A DNA stretch of 64,000 bases from Candidatus Anstonellales archaeon. GTDB taxonomy: Archaea > Micrarchaeota > Micrarchaeia > Anstonellales > J096. The translations under genes were made by a program, and so were the position numbers. Under the pieces are notes generated by a model that saw only the letters and a program-made list of their open reading frames with translations, had not been told where the DNA came from and did no database searches. Below are positions 61,536 to 64,000 of the stretch, in pieces; within the stretch, counting starts at the first letter, position 1; each line of letters starts with the position of its first letter. The DNA is taken from positions 320,001 to 384,000 of the forward strand of contig JAWACY010000001.1 of assembly GCA_038896535.1 (NCBI GenBank), read 5' to 3'.

Positions 61536-62767
61536 GAAAATGCCTCCTTTGCTTCTTGCTCATTCATGCCCATCTCAATAGCAATAAGCTGTTTTGCTCT
61601 TTTGATTGCATCTTGTTTTGATATTTCCCCTCTTAAATAGCTGTAAAATACTTTTCTGTCTTTTGCTCCGAGTTCATGCAAAAGCTGTGCCTCTTTCATT
61701 GCATTTATCTTTTCCATTATCTCTTCTCTCTTTGTTTTTTTCTCTTCCACAATTTGCTCTTGCTTTACTTCTTCTGATATAATTTCTTTTTTCTCTTTCG
61801 TTTCTTCTATAGGCATTGCTACAATTTCTTCCTTTACTTCTTTTTTCTCTTCTTTTTCTTTTGGTTTGTATTCATTTACTAAATTATCTATTGACGAGTA
61901 ATCTGGCTCTTTTAATGGAACTTTGATCATTTCTATAATAGCATTGTGCATTGTTTTTAAATAATCCTTATATTCATTTGCTGCTGCCTTTATTGCTTCA
62001 TAAAGTTCTTGCTCACTCATATGCTGCTTTTGTTCATTTGCCGCTGCCTTTATTGTATTTACCGCCTTTTCTATATCATTTTTTAACATTGTTTCTATCT
62101 GTTTTTCATTATCTTCTTTTCCTTTACCCTCTATTAATGCCTTTATTTTCTCTATCTCAGCCTTTATAACAACTCTTTTCTGCTCTTGCTTTTCTTTGAG
62201 CAATTCAGTTGTTAATTGTATTAGCTTAGCAGATAATTGAGATTTTGATAACCCCTCATAACTTGTTTTTAATGTTTCAACTCTTTTATTTGCTTCTTCT
62301 AAGGCTTGCTCCTTTTTCGGTATGCTCAAACCAAGGCCAGGCTTTTCTTTCATATTATCCTTCATATTATCTTTTTTAAATGGCATTTCCTTTTTTAAGT
62401 TATCTGTTTCTATTTTTTCCATCCTTTCTATTTTTTCCGCAACCTTTGCTTCTTCCTTTTGTTCTTTTTTTTGTTCCTTCCCATATTCAGGCTTTTCTGT
62501 TTTTGTTTCTACTTTCTCTTCCTGAGTTTTTTCTTTTATTTCAGCAATCTTGGCTTCTCTTTGTTGTTTTACATTAGCATATGCAGCCTTTCCATAAGCA
62601 GTAATGAGCTTTTGGCTCTTTTCTATATTCTGATAAATATTTAATAAATCTGCATATAGCAAAACATTAATTTCTTCTTGCACTAAATAAGAGCCTTGCT
62701 CTCTTTCCAGCTTACCGCTTGTTATTTTTGATTCTTTTATGATTTTCAATGCTTCATTAAAATTCAT
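61532..62767 (-). CDS. Charged helical hypothetical protein within the pilus operon
   Basis: E/K-rich; ATGA-coupled to both neighbours. Confidence 0.7.
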   Translation of the reverse strand: MNFNEALKIIKESKITSGKLEREQGSYLVQEEINVLLYADLLNIYQNIEKSQKLITAYGKAAYANVKQQREAKIAEIKEKTQEEKVETKTEKPEYGKEQKKEQKEEAKVAEKIERMEKIETDNLKKEMPFKKDNMKDNMKEKPGLGLSIPKKEQALEEANKRVETLKTSYEGLSKSQLSAKLIQLTTELLKEKQEQKRVVIKAEIEKIKALIEGKGKEDNEKQIETMLKNDIEKAVNTIKAAANEQKQHMSEQELYEAIKAAANEYKDYLKTMHNAIIEMIKVPLKEPDYSSIDNLVNEYKPKEKEEKKEVKEEIVAMPIEETKEKKEIISEEVKQEQIVEEKKTKREEIMEKINAMKEAQLLHELGAKDRKVFYSYLRGEISKQDAIKRAKQLIAIEMGMNEQEAKEAFS

Positions 62768-64000
62768 TGAAACACCCATTGCTTATCTTTCTCAGCCGCA
62801 TTTACAACTTCTTCTGGATAGCTATAATATGTGCTTACTATATGCCCTACTTGGTCTATGTCAAAATATTTCTTATTTACCATCCAATTTAATATTACTG
62901 ATTTTTCTTGAATATCTGCTTTTATTTCTTTTTCATTAAGCCCTGCATAAAGCTCAAGTAAATTCGCTATTCTCACAAGATTTCCAGATTTTATTATTGT
63001 ATCCTTTCCTGCATCCCATCTGTATATGTTGTTTAATTTTCCATTCTTTAATACTTCTGTAAATTCAAGCGTTCTCCTTAAATTGTATCTTCTATGCCTG
63101 AATTGAACAACAATGCCTGCAACTGCATCAAGCACTTCATTTGGCAAGCTTATAGGAGGAGTTGTTAATCTTGTTATTGTTTGCTCGCTATTATCAGCGT
63201 GTAATGTTGCATAGACACTATGTCCAGTATGCATTGCTTCAAACATGACTTCTGCTTCTTTTTGCCTCCTTATTTCTCCTACAATAATTCTATCTGGCCT
63301 CATCCTTAAAGAGTTAACGAGCAAATCAAGCATTGTTACTTCTCCCTTTCCTTCTGGATTTGGTTCTCTTGTTACTAATGGCACCCATTGCAAGTATTTA
63401 GGCAATGTTAACTCCCTTGTATCTTCAATTGTTATTACTCTCTGATTTGCTGGAATAAAGCCGGCTATTGCATTAAGAAATGAAGTCTTCCCGCTTCCAG
63501 TGCCACCAGAAACTATTAAGGATAGCTCATTCTGTATGCAGAGCCATATCAGTGCCATGACTTCTATGCTTATTGTATCAGATGCTATAAGATTTGTGAC
63601 AGTCCAAGGATTTCTCGAGAATTTTCTTATTGTTAATGTATTGCCATAAGATGATATGGGGAACAATGTGGCATTAACTCTATCCCCAGTTGATATATGT
63701 GCGTCAAGCAATGGGTTTAAAATATTTATCTGCCTACCAACCTTTCTTGCTATGAATGCAGCATAATTATATATTTCCTCATCATCTTTCATTTTCAAGT
63801 TTGTTCTGCACCACCCGAATTTTTTGTGATAAACCCATATATTATCATTTGGTCCATTCACGACTATTTCTTCAAGCATCTCGTCAGAAACAAGTATATC
63901 AAGATCACCAAGCCCTATTGTGTGCTGTATTAAATATGTTGCGAGTATTGCCTTTTGCTCTTCTGTTATGTCTGGGAAGCTTTTTTCAAGTATTGCTATT
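62764..64000 (-). CDS. Type IV pilus assembly ATPase (TadA/VirB11/FlaI family), 5' end outside the window
   Basis: SGGTGSGKTS, TIEDTREL, LRMRPDRIIVGEIR and MHTGH..TLHA motifs; the frame is open to the window edge. Confidence 0.95.
   Translation of the reverse strand, partial: IAILEKSFPDITEEQKAILATYLIQHTIGLGDLDILVSDEMLEEIVVNGPNDNIWVYHKKFGWCRTNLKMKDDEEIYNYAAFIARKVGRQINILNPLLDAHISTGDRVNATLFPISSYGNTLTIRKFSRNPWTVTNLIASDTISIEVMALIWLCIQNELSLIVSGGTGSGKTSFLNAIAGFIPANQRVITIEDTRELTLPKYLQWVPLVTREPNPEGKGEVTMLDLLVNSLRMRPDRIIVGEIRRQKEAEVMFEAMHTGHSVYATLHADNSEQTITRLTTPPISLPNEVLDAVAGIVVQFRHRRYNLRRTLEFTEVLKNGKLNNIYRWDAGKDTIIKSGNLVRIANLLELYAGLNEKEIKADIQEKSVILNWMVNKKYFDIDQVGHIVSTYYSYPEEVVNAAEKDKQWVFQ

Overview
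AT-rich (roughly 30% GC by eye), gene-dense chromosomal segment of an archaeon. The gene set and organisation point to DPANN, most plausibly Micrarchaeota-like (inference). Core genes: the rpl18e-rpl13-rps9-rpoN-tRNA(Pro)-rps2 operon, rpl10e, the rpoH-rpoB-rpoA1-rpoA2-rpl30e-nusA operon, class I LysRS, AspRS, ValRS, type IA topoisomerase, pelota, FtsZ, PyrH, MsrA, endonuclease IV, a geranylgeranyl reductase and tRNA-Leu(TAG). Surface machinery: a type IV pilus ATPase/TadC-like locus, six class III signal-peptide pilin-like genes and several lipobox proteins, some of which look like catalytically degenerate enzymes. The most notable items are: (1) a five-gene membrane operon built around a VirB4/HerA-like ATPase with no relaxase or integrase nearby; (2) a REP/BIME-like family of GTAAGAAGGC..GCCTTCTTAC palindromes at two loci 42 kb apart; (3) a ~520-bp decayed repeat whose copies are circular permutations of one another; (4) a tRNA-Pro with a 17-nt BHB intron in the T-loop; (5) a ~470-bp duplication-rich insert between rpoH and rpoB. 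No CRISPR array, rRNA, integrase or transposase was seen. All calls come from reading motifs by eye; no searches were run.
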